Assembly: GCA_965249555.1 (NCBI GenBank)
Contig: OZ252243.1
Span: 128,001 to 192,000 of the forward strand
Source of the DNA: Nitrosopumilus sp.
Lineage (GTDB): Archaea > Thermoproteota > Nitrososphaeria > Nitrososphaerales > Nitrosopumilaceae
DNA: 64,000 nucleotides
Direction of reading: 5' to 3'
Shown here: in pieces, positions 19,792 through 30,679 of the stretch
How positions within the stretch are numbered: position 1 is the first letter of the stretch
Layout of the letters: every line of letters begins with the position of its first letter
Made by a program: the position numbers and the translations under genes
Notes under the pieces: generated by a model
The model's input: only the letters and a program-made list of their open reading frames with translations
What the model was told of the DNA's origin: nothing
The model's database searches: none

Positions 19792-21033
19792 TTACCAACT
19801 ACTGGCATATTTTACCTGTTCAGCAGTAAGTTTATCGATTTTTACATTCATTGCCGCTAGAGCATCAACTGCAACTTGCATATCAATTTCTTCTGGAACA
19901 TTAATGATTTTATTTTCCATTTTTTTGTGGTTTTTAAGAATATACAAAACAGAGAGAATTTGATTTGAGAAGGATTGCGCCATTACTTCTGGAGGATGTC
20001 CTTCTGCTGCAACTAAATTTGCAAGACGGCCCTGACCAATCAGATAAACTTTTTTTCCATTTTTCAAAGTGCATTCATCAAGGTTTGGTCTTACTTCTCT
20101 AACAGATTTTGATTTCTTTAGTAAGAATGCACTATCAATTTCTACATCAAAGTGACCAACATTTCCCATAATGGCTCCATTTTTCATTTGTAAGATGTGC
20201 TCTTTTCTAATTACACCAGTCATACCAGTACATGTAACGAAGATATCGCCAATCTTTGCAGCTTGTGCCATTGGCATTACTTCAAATCCATCCATATGAG
20301 CTTCAAGAGCTTTAATTGGATCTATCTCAGTGACAATTATTTTTGAACCCATTCCATGACATCTTGATGCAACGCCACGACCAACCCAACCATATCCAAC
20401 TACTACCACGCGTTTTGATGCCAAAAGTAAATTCATGGCACGGAGATACCCATCAACAGTGCTTTGTCCTGTACCATATCGATTATCAAACATGTGTTTT
20501 GTATATGCTTCATTAACTAAAATTACAGGATATCGAAGTTGTCCCTTATTCTCTACTGCTCTAATTCGAGTAACACCTGCAGTGGTTTCTTCAGTTGCTC
20601 CAAGAATTTTCATGTTCTTGAATCTTTTATCAAAATGAGCTTTGATATTCATGTCAGCTCCATCATCAGTTAGAATGGTTGGTTTGTGTTTCAATACTTG
20701 ATCAATACACCAATCATATTCTTTGACAGATTGTCCATGCCATGCATAAACATGGATTCCTTGAGATGCCAAAAATGCAGAGATGTTATCCTGAGTAGTT
20801 AATGGATTGCCACCACAACATGCAACAGTTGCACCTAGTTCTTTGGCCCCAATTAGTAAAACTGAAGTCTCTTTTGTGATATGCAAACAAAATCCAAGGG
20901 TTATACCCTTTAGTGGTTTTGATTTTTTAAAGCGATTAATGGTATTATCTAGAATTTGCATATGAGATCTAGCCCACTCATAAGACAATTTGCCTTCTTT
21001 GATCAATTTTTGGCTAGTCTTTACTTTACTCAA
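19792..21033 (-). CDS. ahcY: S-adenosylhomocysteine hydrolase
   Basis: CLHITKET, EETTAG, FDNRYGTGQS, GYGWVGRG, GHFDVEID, AEGHP. Confidence 0.97.
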   Translation of the reverse strand: MSKVKTSQKLIKEGKLSYEWARSHMQILDNTINRFKKSKPLKGITLGFCLHITKETSVLLIGAKELGATVACCGGNPLTTQDNISAFLASQGIHVYAWHGQSVKEYDWCIDQVLKHKPTILTDDGADMNIKAHFDKRFKNMKILGATEETTAGVTRIRAVENKGQLRYPVILVNEAYTKHMFDNRYGTGQSTVDGYLRAMNLLLASKRVVVVGYGWVGRGVASRCHGMGSKIIVTEIDPIKALEAHMDGFEVMPMAQAAKIGDIFVTCTGMTGVIRKEHILQMKNGAIMGNVGHFDVEIDSAFLLKKSKSVREVRPNLDECTLKNGKKVYLIGQGRLANLVAAEGHPPEVMAQSFSNQILSVLYILKNHKKMENKIINVPEEIDMQVAVDALAAMNVKIDKLTAEQVKYASSW

Positions 21034-21108
21034 CGATCAGATTCTTGAATTAGACTATAAAATTCTATCATACGAATGTAAATAAATGACAAGGATTCCA
21101 CAGAATTA

Positions 21109-21417
21109 TTGACTTGGAAGAAGATTGCCGAGAAGGGAGAAATTGCTACAGGAAAAGGCAAAGCTTTCAAAATTGATGGAAAACAAATTGCAATATTTAA
21201 TCAAGATGGATATCATGCATTAGATGATCTTTGTGTTCATCAAGATGGCTCAATTGCACCTGGAAAACTAGAGGGAGATATCGTAGAATGCCCATTACAC
21301 TTTTGGCATTATAACATCAAAACAGGCCAACTTAATGACTATCTAAAAGATGTCAAACTGGAAACATATTCTGTAGAGTCAAGAGACGACGGCATCTACG
21401 TAGATATCAAAGAGTAA
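21109..21417 (+). CDS. Rieske [2Fe-2S] ferredoxin
   Basis: CVH and CPLH ligands. Confidence 0.92.
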   Translation: MTWKKIAEKGEIATGKGKAFKIDGKQIAIFNQDGYHALDDLCVHQDGSIAPGKLEGDIVECPLHFWHYNIKTGQLNDYLKDVKLETYSVESRDDGIYVDIKE

Positions 21418-21667
21418 AAAATTTCTTGATAATTTACAACAAGATAGATTCTAAATATTAAATGCAAAGTATGTGAATGTGATGGAAAATTATCCATCAG
21501 TTCAAATCTGCCAAGATTAACACATTGAATCTTTGAAGATATTCGTAAAACTAAAAAATTCTTTTAATTCACATTCAATCTATTTTTATTTTCATACATA
21601 ACCAAGTATTAGTATATATAATTTATGGTTATTTTATTATCAAAAAACCACATAACTATATAACTAA

Positions 21668-23785
21668 TTGGGATATAATGATAATAAAATGAACATAACT
21701 ACAATAAACATCATAAAACACTTGGCGAATGGGGTTTCTGATGTCCAAACTCTAATGGACATCACAAAAATCAAAGAATGGCAAATTAATTCACAATTAA
21801 AAGATCTAACTCAATTTGGTTATGTTGTAAGAGAAGGAAATACTGTAAAATTAAAAGATGAATTGAAACCTGTTACCATTAGAGAATTAACAAAAAAAAT
21901 CAACATTGAAAAAATTCTACGTGGTGCAAACGAAACAATATTTTCATATCTTACAGAACCAATATCTGTCAACGAAATAGTTTTGAAAGCTGAATTATCG
22001 CCATCTACTGTATACAGAGCTATTTCTGATTTTGAATCAGTTGGAGCAATTACTAGAACTGGGGATAAAATTAATGTTAACAGTTCTAATGAACAACTAG
22101 TACTTTTAGCAAATTCGTTAAATGCTGAACGAAAAAACTTGTATGAACCTAATGCCGAAATTTTGTTCAAAGATTCAACTAAGATTCTCAAGAGAGTACA
22201 AAAAGGTAAAATTACAGAAGGAGAACTTACTGGATTTTCTTTGTTCACTGAATATGGAATTGATTATGATATACATTATGATTATTACATTAAACAGGAA
22301 GATTCGTTAGATCTTCAACATGTTCTAATTCATGCAATATTTGATGCTCAAAGAAATATGAATAAACAAGGAATGATGATGGCCATAATATTTTATCTAG
22401 CACATAAAGAAAAGATGGATGTTCTTAATCTACGAAGAATCGCAGAAACATTTCAAATTGCACATGTATGGATAGATGTAGAAGGATACATTAGAAATAA
22501 TGAACTCAAAAATCCTGCCTTGTTCTTACCTAGAGATGAGTTTATGGAAAAAACCAATTTATATGAAATTCCAACTACTCTGTATGTTTTACCAGAAGGA
22601 TATCCTAAACTATTTGAAGACATTGGGAAAAACTTGCAAAGAAAAACCAAAGCATTTGTTATTGGTGGGGAGAATATGAGAATTAAGGGACTAAAACCAC
22701 GAACAAAAGATATAGACATTGTTGTTGAAAATGAAGAAGATTACAACTCAATTATGGATGCATTAACAAAACTTGGTTATCAGCCAAAAGGCAATGTTGA
22801 TTTTTCCACAGAAGATTTGAGACTTTATCCATCAATAATAATGGAGCATACTAATCGAAGCAGAATTGATTTGTACACTAAAAAAATTCTAAGAACTTTA
22901 TCTCTATCGTCAAAAATGATTTCTCGTGCAGATTTATCTGATTTTGGTAATTTACGCCTAGGAATACTGAAAAATGAGGATGTTTTTCTTCTTAAATCGG
23001 TTACTAGTAGAGAAGGCGATGTCCAAGATATGGCGGCATTAGTAAACATGAGTTATGCTGGAGATGGTCAATTTAGACAGACTGATTTTGATTGGAACAT
23101 TGTATGGGATGAGATAAATGAACAAGAAAAAGAATCTCATTTACAAAGCTTTAGTGAAATCATACGAGACAATATTGAATGGTTAGTACAACAAACTGGA
23201 ATAACTCCTCCAATTCGTAATAAGTTACAAAGATTTGTTTTAGATCAACAAATTAAAAAATTACTTCGAGAAGGAATGATTTCAATAAAAGAAGTAGTTG
23301 AACAATTGATCGACGAAAATAATTCTGAACAAACTATAAGAAATCGAATTAATGCATTAGTCAAAATAGATGTAGTTAAGAAAGAATCTCAAAACAATGA
23401 AATTCTAATATGTTTTTCAAATAATTTATTTTATCCTGAAAATACTTCAAAAATCACTTCTAATAATTTAGATTCATATCTTCAATGGAGATTTACAACC
23501 AGAGAAGGTCCAACTCCACTTAAGCTTGAACAAGTTGCAGACGAATTAATATCATTAGGTTATGAAACAATTGAAGAAATAGACAATATTGTAAACAAAA
23601 TGTTAAATGGATTACATGAATATGAAAAAGAATACTATCAAATAGATAAAAAACTTTCTACTAAAAGTAGGATAAAACAAGTTGGTGCTATGAGGATATG
23701 CATAGGATTATCTAATCCAAAATTTGGCAAAAATGGCACTACCAATTTCTATATAGCAAACTTTGAAAAATTCTCAAAAATTTAG
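21668..23785 (+). CDS. Multi-wHTH + DUF6036/AbiEii-like nucleotidyltransferase fusion
   Basis: Two N-terminal wHTH (e.g. SVNEIV...LSPSTVYRAI); Pol-beta-type motif VIGG...TKDIDIV; LLKSVTSREGDVQD; a further wHTH near aa 530-575. Confidence 0.72.
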   Translation: MGYNDNKMNITTINIIKHLANGVSDVQTLMDITKIKEWQINSQLKDLTQFGYVVREGNTVKLKDELKPVTIRELTKKINIEKILRGANETIFSYLTEPISVNEIVLKAELSPSTVYRAISDFESVGAITRTGDKINVNSSNEQLVLLANSLNAERKNLYEPNAEILFKDSTKILKRVQKGKITEGELTGFSLFTEYGIDYDIHYDYYIKQEDSLDLQHVLIHAIFDAQRNMNKQGMMMAIIFYLAHKEKMDVLNLRRIAETFQIAHVWIDVEGYIRNNELKNPALFLPRDEFMEKTNLYEIPTTLYVLPEGYPKLFEDIGKNLQRKTKAFVIGGENMRIKGLKPRTKDIDIVVENEEDYNSIMDALTKLGYQPKGNVDFSTEDLRLYPSIIMEHTNRSRIDLYTKKILRTLSLSSKMISRADLSDFGNLRLGILKNEDVFLLKSVTSREGDVQDMAALVNMSYAGDGQFRQTDFDWNIVWDEINEQEKESHLQSFSEIIRDNIEWLVQQTGITPPIRNKLQRFVLDQQIKKLLREGMISIKEVVEQLIDENNSEQTIRNRINALVKIDVVKKESQNNEILICFSNNLFYPENTSKITSNNLDSYLQWRFTTREGPTPLKLEQVADELISLGYETIEEIDNIVNKMLNGLHEYEKEYYQIDKKLSTKSRIKQVGAMRICIGLSNPKFGKNGTTNFYIANFEKFSKI

Positions 23786-23829
23786 GGGAATGCAATTTAT
23801 GCATAGTGTTTACATGAAGCTAAACTGAT

Positions 23830-24246
23830 ATGAGTGTTCAAGAACGCTTAGCCAGCATAATTGCTCAAACAAAAAAAGAATATGAAAATAAAAATTATGT
23901 TGCAGTTTTAGGTTATTCAAGTGTTGGCAAGACTGTGTTACTTACCCTCATCAGTAATGCTCTAGACAAACATTTCTCAGATAGACATCCTGACATTGAT
24001 GCTAGAATTACTGCTGGTGATGTACACCTAAAGAAATGGGAAAATAATATGATTGAAGGTAAATTTCCTAAAAGAACAGAAATACTTGAACAAGAAGAAA
24101 TTATTCTCAATATGAGAGGTACTGGTGCGACTACCAGTATTCCTATAGATTTTCGTTTCCCAGATATTTCAGGAGAAGATTTTCAAACTCTTTGCATTGG
24201 GGTAGAGTCTTTGTGTTTGTCAATAAACTCTGCAGGAGAAAATTGA
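23830..24246 (+). pseudogene. Truncated TRAFAC-class GTPase-like protein
   Basis: G1 GYSSVGKT, G2 FPKRT, G3 DISGE; the ORF ends shortly after G3 with no G4. Confidence 0.7.
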
Positions 24247-24488
24247 TATCCAACTGTATCAAATTTTGCTAATAGTATACGATATCGTTTTGTAATTTTT
24301 GTCTTACATTTGGATTTATCAAAAGGTTTTATGACTGAATATACTGCAGTTTTGGCACCCATTAGATTCTAAAAAAATACATGGTATAAAAAACACTGAA
24401 AGTACTATGCACTATGTGTGTTCAAAATGAACTTAATTAGATTCAATATTAGGCACAATTTTTATTCACATATTCTTCAAATTAGTTA

Positions 24489-25283
24489 TTGAATCAAGAT
24501 ATCATTAATGAAATAAAAAATAACGACTATGCTTCAATAACTGAAACAATTGAGAAATTCGTATCAGAGCAAATAGAAAAAAATAATGCAAAAGGCGTCA
24601 TCCTTGGATTAAGTGGAGGGATTGATTCAGCAGTTTTAGCATATATCTGCAAAAGAAAACTAAAAGAAAAGACATTGGCAATTATAATGCCAGATACGTC
24701 CATCACACCATCAGAAACAGAAGACGCCCTCAAAATGATTTCATTAACAGGAATCGAACACAAATTAATTGACATCAAACCAATTGTAAATGAATATTCC
24801 ATGTATCTTGAACCAAATGAAAAAGCTAAAGGGAATCTTCGTGCAAGAATTAGAACCAATATTTTGTATTACTATGCAAATTCCAAAAACTATCTAGTTC
24901 TAGGTTCAAGTGACAAAAGTGAAAACCTAATTGGTTATTTCACAAAATTTGGAGATGGGGCATCAGATATTACTCCAATTATATCTCTATACAAACTACA
25001 AGTAAGAGAGATTGCAAAGTATCTTGGGGTTCCAGATAAAATTATTTCAAAAAAGAGTAGTCCACATTTATGGAAAGAACATGATGCAGCAGAAGAATTA
25101 GGTGCCTCATATGAGGAAATAGATTCTATTCTGTATTGTTTATGTGACAAAAAATTATCTATTGATGAAACAGTAAAAATAACTCAAATTGAAAAGTCAA
25201 TCATAGATAAAGTCCACAAATTAAACATAAACAGTGAACATAAAAGATTGCAAGCACAAAAACCAGATAGAGAACAAGAATGA
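24489..25283 (+). CDS. nadE: NH3-dependent NAD+ synthetase
   Basis: GLSGGIDS, NLRARIR, GYFTKFGDG. Confidence 0.96.
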   Translation: MNQDIINEIKNNDYASITETIEKFVSEQIEKNNAKGVILGLSGGIDSAVLAYICKRKLKEKTLAIIMPDTSITPSETEDALKMISLTGIEHKLIDIKPIVNEYSMYLEPNEKAKGNLRARIRTNILYYYANSKNYLVLGSSDKSENLIGYFTKFGDGASDITPIISLYKLQVREIAKYLGVPDKIISKKSSPHLWKEHDAAEELGASYEEIDSILYCLCDKKLSIDETVKITQIEKSIIDKVHKLNINSEHKRLQAQKPDREQE

Positions 25284-26668
25284 AACTTCAAGATACGTTA
25301 TCAAATTCAGAACAAGAGTTAGATATTTCAAAAAAAGTTAGAATTTATCTATGTGGAGTGACTGTTTATGATGAATCTCATATTGGGCATGCAAGAACCA
25401 TCATAGTTTTTGACGTATTAAGAAAATATCTAGAGAGAAAAGGAGCAGAAATTGATTTTATTCAAAATTTTACGGATGTAGATGACAAAATCATTAATCG
25501 TGCACAATCAGATAACACAACTGCAGAAAAAATCAGTACAAAATACATTGAGAATTATTTCAGAGATTTTGATGGATTAAATGTAAAACGTGCAACAAAC
25601 TATCCTAAAGCCACAGAACACATTGAAGATATAATCAAATTTATTGAAAAACTGGTAGAAAAACAAATTGCATATATTTCAAAAAATGGTGTCTATTTTT
25701 CAATATCAAAATTTCCAGAATATGGGAAATTATCAAAAAAGAAAATAGATGAACTTCAATCAGGGGCAAGAATTGAAGTAGATGAGACAAAAAATGATCC
25801 ATTGGATTTTGCAGTATGGAAATTCTCTGATGTAGAGCCTGTGTGGGACAGTCCATGGGGAAAAGGTAGACCAGGATGGCACATAGAATGCTCTGCAATG
25901 AGTATAAAGTATCTTGGAGAAAACTTTGAGATTCATGGTGGCGGAAGAGACTTGATATTTCCTCATCATGAAAACGAGATTGCACAATCAGAATCTCACA
26001 CAGATTCTACATTCGCAAAAATTTGGATGCATGTAGGAATGGTGACAATTAGTGGAGAAAAGATGTCAAAATCCCTTGGAAACATAAAATCAGTCAAACA
26101 TGTTTTAGAGAATTGGGGATCTAACATTATCAGATTATTCTGTCTGTCAGGACATTATTCAAAACCAATTGATTATTCAGAAGAGTTGTTAAATGAAAAT
26201 CTCATCAAGTGGAGGCAAGTTGAGACATGCTACTATGAACTAATTCATGCAGATAGTGAAAACTGTGAAGATGTCAATCAAATAATCCAAAAGATCAGTA
26301 GTGAATTTGATAATGCATTGGAAAGTGATTTTAACACACATCTTGCATTGTCATCTTTTTTCCAACTAGTCAAAGAGGCAAACAGATCAGCAGCTGAAGA
26401 AAAACTTGGAAAAGAAGATGCGCAAATTATCAAAACAGAATTGCAAAGAATGTTAGATATTTTAGGATTACGTATTCCAGAAATGACAGAAAATGAAAAA
26501 AAAGAGATAGACAATCTAATTAAAAATAGAGAGCGATTTAGAAAAGAAAAACAATTTGAAGATGCAGACAAAATTAGAGACAAACTAAATGAGATGAATA
26601 TAGAATTAATTGATCATAAAGAAAAAACAATTTGGATGAAAAAAGAAAACATTAAAGCTGAAAATTAG
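25280..26668 (+). CDS. cysS: Cysteinyl-tRNA synthetase
   Basis: CGVTVYD..HIGH, GRPGWHIECSAM, HGGGRDLIFPHHENE, KMSKS. Confidence 0.98.
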   Translation: MKLQDTLSNSEQELDISKKVRIYLCGVTVYDESHIGHARTIIVFDVLRKYLERKGAEIDFIQNFTDVDDKIINRAQSDNTTAEKISTKYIENYFRDFDGLNVKRATNYPKATEHIEDIIKFIEKLVEKQIAYISKNGVYFSISKFPEYGKLSKKKIDELQSGARIEVDETKNDPLDFAVWKFSDVEPVWDSPWGKGRPGWHIECSAMSIKYLGENFEIHGGGRDLIFPHHENEIAQSESHTDSTFAKIWMHVGMVTISGEKMSKSLGNIKSVKHVLENWGSNIIRLFCLSGHYSKPIDYSEELLNENLIKWRQVETCYYELIHADSENCEDVNQIIQKISSEFDNALESDFNTHLALSSFFQLVKEANRSAAEEKLGKEDAQIIKTELQRMLDILGLRIPEMTENEKKEIDNLIKNRERFRKEKQFEDADKIRDKLNEMNIELIDHKEKTIWMKKENIKAEN

Positions 26669-26767
26669 TTTGAACTAATTATTTTTGAGCCCAAAAAAAT
26701 TAGCTGAATCTAATTAGTTGTATCTAATTTTCGTAGTGTTTAATAGAATTATTCACCAATATAATAC

Positions 26768-27049
26768 ATGAATGCATGGAATAAATTTTGGCAATGGTAT
26801 GAAAATAAAATTCTAGGGAGTATAGTAATTATTGCAATAATACAATTCATTCAAGTTCCACATATGATATGGAATGCAGACATTATGTTAGAAGCAGGAA
26901 TTGTATCTAGAATTCATCCAGTGATTGATTGGTTCTTGTACGGAGTAGACCTGATTGAAATTATTTCAATAATTAATGTTGGAATGATAATGTTTAGCCT
27001 GATCAAAAAAAGACGTGCAAAAAAACAAGTTGCTACAGAGATGGCATAA
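26768..27049 (+). CDS. Small membrane protein
   Basis: Two hydrophobic segments and a basic tail. Confidence 0.7.
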   Translation: MNAWNKFWQWYENKILGSIVIIAIIQFIQVPHMIWNADIMLEAGIVSRIHPVIDWFLYGVDLIEIISIINVGMIMFSLIKKRRAKKQVATEMA

Positions 27050-27074
27050 ACACCATCAAATTTTTTATTAAAAT

Positions 27075-28274
27075 CTAAAAGAAATCAGATAGAGTTTTTT
27101 GTCTAATAATTTGTGAGATTTTTCCATGCGAAAGCCATTCAGTTTTACTGATACTCATCTTATTTGATGCCAAAATGAGTGCTTGATCAAAGGTATTAGA
27201 TATTGCAGGTTTTTGCTTCATTGCCTCACGAATTCCTTCACGGACTTGCCACACACCAACAGGAATAGCATATTCTGGCCTAATTTCTCTAAGAATTACA
27301 ACTCCGGCTTGAATTTTCTTTTCAGACAAATATTCTGCAACACCTAATTTGGCTGCAAAATAAGCACCGGCTATAGCAGGAGGATGATTAATCCCACGAG
27401 CGTCCTCAGAGTCAGACCCAAATCCCAAAATTCCATTTGAATACCAAGCTTCAATCATTTCATATATCCACCTATGAGGAAACAAGACAATTGAGAAAAC
27501 ATTTCCTAGATGTTCATATGAAAAAACTCTACATGAATCAATCAAATTATAATCTAAAATTTCATCTGTAAGAGATTTAGAAATGATATCATCAGTTGCA
27601 GTTATGCTCCATTTTGTTGGAACTAGTTTTCTTTTTTGCCCAAGCATTCCAATACTGAAGCATTTTTGAATTTTGGAAATTTCAATTCCGGAATTATATA
27701 AATTCAAAACTGCATCTTGTGCTTTCAAATCTTTATCATAAAATATTTTTTCAATTGATTTGACAGAAGAAGTGCCAGAAAATTTTGCAGATTTTATTTC
27801 ACCAATTGGACCAAAGGGTGCACTTTCACCATCAAGGGATACACTTGGAGAAGTTGCTTTGTGAAATATCAAATCAGAATCAGTAGGTTTTGATGACATT
27901 GTTACCTCTTGAAGGTTTTCAATGTAACGTCCATCTGTTTGAGTTATAGGAGTTTTCTGTATTCCACGAATCAAGTTTAATCTAAAATTAACAATTTCTT
28001 CAAGGGATTTGCCTTTCCATTTTTCAGGACTGTCAAGTAAACTGGTATCACCATGAATTGGCGGAACCATTGGACCAACAAAGACTTTGGGATAATTGTA
28101 AGAACCAACAAAAACAGATGGAGGGCTAGTTCCGCTTAATGAATCAGAAGAGAAAAGATTTCCATATTTTGACAGAGACTCGTGCCATTTTGCCAAAATT
28201 GAACGTCGGATATCTTGAGAATCAGAAGACATGTTTTTTGTGCCTAAATTATGCCTATTAACTTGCCTGATCAA
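27075..28274 (-). CDS. nreA: Nre family archaeal DNA repair protein (start probably at MSSDSQ, ~28232)
   Basis: SPPSVFVG..YPKV..GP, RKLVPTKWSITATDD, PVGVWQVRE; C-terminal PIP box QKTLSDFF. Confidence 0.9.
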   Translation of the reverse strand: MIRQVNRHNLGTKNMSSDSQDIRRSILAKWHESLSKYGNLFSSDSLSGTSPPSVFVGSYNYPKVFVGPMVPPIHGDTSLLDSPEKWKGKSLEEIVNFRLNLIRGIQKTPITQTDGRYIENLQEVTMSSKPTDSDLIFHKATSPSVSLDGESAPFGPIGEIKSAKFSGTSSVKSIEKIFYDKDLKAQDAVLNLYNSGIEISKIQKCFSIGMLGQKRKLVPTKWSITATDDIISKSLTDEILDYNLIDSCRVFSYEHLGNVFSIVLFPHRWIYEMIEAWYSNGILGFGSDSEDARGINHPPAIAGAYFAAKLGVAEYLSEKKIQAGVVILREIRPEYAIPVGVWQVREGIREAMKQKPAISNTFDQALILASNKMSISKTEWLSHGKISQIIRQKTLSDFF

Positions 28275-28331
28275 AGATTTTGACGATTAGTTAACGTATG
28301 ATGTTTAAGGATCAACACAGTTCAAAACAAC

Positions 28332-29249
28332 ATGTCAATTAAGAGAATAGTCTCTTTTTTGCCTAGTGCAACAGAATTGCTTTACGAGTTTGGAGTACAA
28401 GGCAGTCTTTATGGTGTAACGCATGAATGCAAATACCCACAAGATGCAACTTCAAAACCAAAAGTTATAGATTCTGTAATTAATTCAGATGAATTAACCA
28501 GTAAAGAAATTGACACAATGACTTGTCAGTTATTAAACGATAAAAAAGATATTTTTATTTTAAATGAAAAAAATCTTATAGAATCTAATCCTGATCTAAT
28601 TATTTCACAAGAAACATGTAAAGTATGTGCAGCATATACAAATCAAGTAAACAAAGCATTGCAGATTCTTCAAAAGAAGCCAATGCTATATTCAATGGAT
28701 CCACACAACTTGAATGAAATAATAAATTCAGTGACAGAGTTGGGAAAAATTTTAGAAAATGAAAAGAAAGCAAAAGAGATCACTAATTCGCTTGAAGAAC
28801 GAATCCAGAACATAAAAAAAATAGAGAATGATAAAAAACCCAAGGTTCTTGCAATTGAATGGATTGAGCCATTTTTTACTGCAGGTCACTGGATTCCAGA
28901 AATGATACAAATTGCAGGTGGAATTAACATGATAAGTAAAATTGGAGAACACTCAAGACGGCTAGACATTCAAGAAGTTATCAAATCCGATCCTGACATC
29001 ATCATCATGATGCCTTGTGGCTTTGATACAAAACGTACAATTTTAGAATACAACATTCTAAAAGAAAATAAAATATGGAATTCTTTAAAGGCTGTAAAAA
29101 ATAATAAAATTTTTGCAGTTGATGCAAATTCATTTTTCAGCAAACCAAGCATTAGGACTATAGAAGGATTGGAAATACTTGCTAAAATCATCCAGCCAGA
29201 CAATTTTGAAGACATTCATGTCTCTGAAGAGTCATTTTCAAATATTTGA
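28332..29249 (+). CDS. Cobalamin/iron-siderophore ABC substrate-binding-like protein (BtuF-like)
   Basis: RIVSFLPSATE, GVTHEC, EW..P.FTAGHW, PCGF. Confidence 0.85.
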   Translation: MSIKRIVSFLPSATELLYEFGVQGSLYGVTHECKYPQDATSKPKVIDSVINSDELTSKEIDTMTCQLLNDKKDIFILNEKNLIESNPDLIISQETCKVCAAYTNQVNKALQILQKKPMLYSMDPHNLNEIINSVTELGKILENEKKAKEITNSLEERIQNIKKIENDKKPKVLAIEWIEPFFTAGHWIPEMIQIAGGINMISKIGEHSRRLDIQEVIKSDPDIIIMMPCGFDTKRTILEYNILKENKIWNSLKAVKNNKIFAVDANSFFSKPSIRTIEGLEILAKIIQPDNFEDIHVSEESFSNI

Positions 29250-29433
29250 TTAAAAACTCATTATAGGCTCAAAAATATAGATTGTTACACAAAACAACAT
29301 ACTACCTGCCATATCCACTTTTGGAAATAACATTGTATGGCAATGAGTTTTGCAATAGACCAACAAATGGATGGTTTGTTAAAAATGACTAACGATGTTT
29401 TGGCAAAATTAAAGAGAAAAGTACAGTAATTAA

Positions 29434-30645
29434 TTATTTTTTTGCGGCGCTAATTAGAGACACGACATCCCTATCTCTTAGTTGATAATCAATTGGTAGT
29501 CTCAAATTATTCCTCAAATCTTTTCCATAAAGAAGACCTTTAGTCAAGTCAGAATGAATTTCTTTTGCGAGATCATTTACTGTAGATCCGTCTTTTAGCA
29601 GGATTAAATCAGGAAGTATTCTTCCCTTTTTATCAGAAAGATTTGTTTCATTTGCAACAGGATAAATGGAATTCATCTTAAGCAGTTTGAAGACTGCAAC
29701 GTTGATTGCAAATTGAACCCCAGTTCTCATATATTCACCCATAATTCCTTTTTCAATAAAGTTTAGCGCATTGGTTTGCTTTTCATTTAGCTCATCTGAT
29801 TTAATTATTTCAAATTGCTCAGAACCAGGAGAATATTTTATCAGTCCTTTTTGTTCTGCACGTCTGAGACTAAATTCACTATCACCACTAACAGGAACAA
29901 CGATAGAGTCATTATATTTCTCTCTTAGTCGAGCAAAATTTTTGTCTGCACCTTCAACATCAATTTTATTAGCTACAATCAAGGTTGGTTTTGAGAGTTT
30001 TCTTAGGTATGATGAAAATTTTTTGCCATCACCTATATCAAAATCATCAAAATTTTTGTCCTCAAGTTTAGTTGCCAAAAGTGTTTCTTTAACATGAGTT
30101 TTGGTTACACCAATACCTCGATAAAGATCAGTTACTGCATCTACAATATTAGAACCTGTTCTGATTAATTTTGATACCTTATCTCTATTTCCTTCTAAAA
30201 TTTTATGATACCACATGATTAATTCTTCTTCTATATCTGCAAAATCAGAAATAGGATCACCAGTTCCAACTTCGCTAATTTTTCCAGTTGAATCAATTCC
30301 GCCAGAAGCATCAACGACATGAAGTAGTGCATCAGATTGTGCAGCAATGGACAAAAACTGATTACCAAGCCCTTTACCTTTCCATGCATCCTTGATGAGC
30401 CCAGGCAAATCTATTAATTCAATTGGAATATACCTCCATCCTTCAACACATTTGGAATTATTCGGATTATCTTGAATTTTAAATTCCTGATGAACACAAA
30501 GCGTAATTGCATGTGCTATGCCAGACATTGGTTTTTTGGTAGTAAAAGGATAAGATGAAATTTCTTCAGAAGACAGTGTAGCAGAATTAAAGAATGTGGT
30601 CTTTCCAGTGTTTGTTTTGCCAATTAATCCAAGCTTGATTGTCAC
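29434..30645 (-). CDS. YchF/Obg-related GTPase with TGS domain
   Basis: GKTNTGKTT, YPFTT, DLPGL, GLGNQFL, ANKID. Confidence 0.92.
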   Translation of the reverse strand: MTIKLGLIGKTNTGKTTFFNSATLSSEEISSYPFTTKKPMSGIAHAITLCVHQEFKIQDNPNNSKCVEGWRYIPIELIDLPGLIKDAWKGKGLGNQFLSIAAQSDALLHVVDASGGIDSTGKISEVGTGDPISDFADIEEELIMWYHKILEGNRDKVSKLIRTGSNIVDAVTDLYRGIGVTKTHVKETLLATKLEDKNFDDFDIGDGKKFSSYLRKLSKPTLIVANKIDVEGADKNFARLREKYNDSIVVPVSGDSEFSLRRAEQKGLIKYSPGSEQFEIIKSDELNEKQTNALNFIEKGIMGEYMRTGVQFAINVAVFKLLKMNSIYPVANETNLSDKKGRILPDLILLKDGSTVNDLAKEIHSDLTKGLLYGKDLRNNLRLPIDYQLRDRDVVSLISAAKK

Positions 30646-30679
30646 ACCATAATTGTTAGTTTAGAATATTTATCTCTGC

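Noticed and set aside
21447-24373. TAGATTCTAAA at both ends of the nucleotidyltransferase insert as possible att sites
   Set aside because: Only 11 bp and AT-rich; the same word also occurs near 60696, so chance is likely
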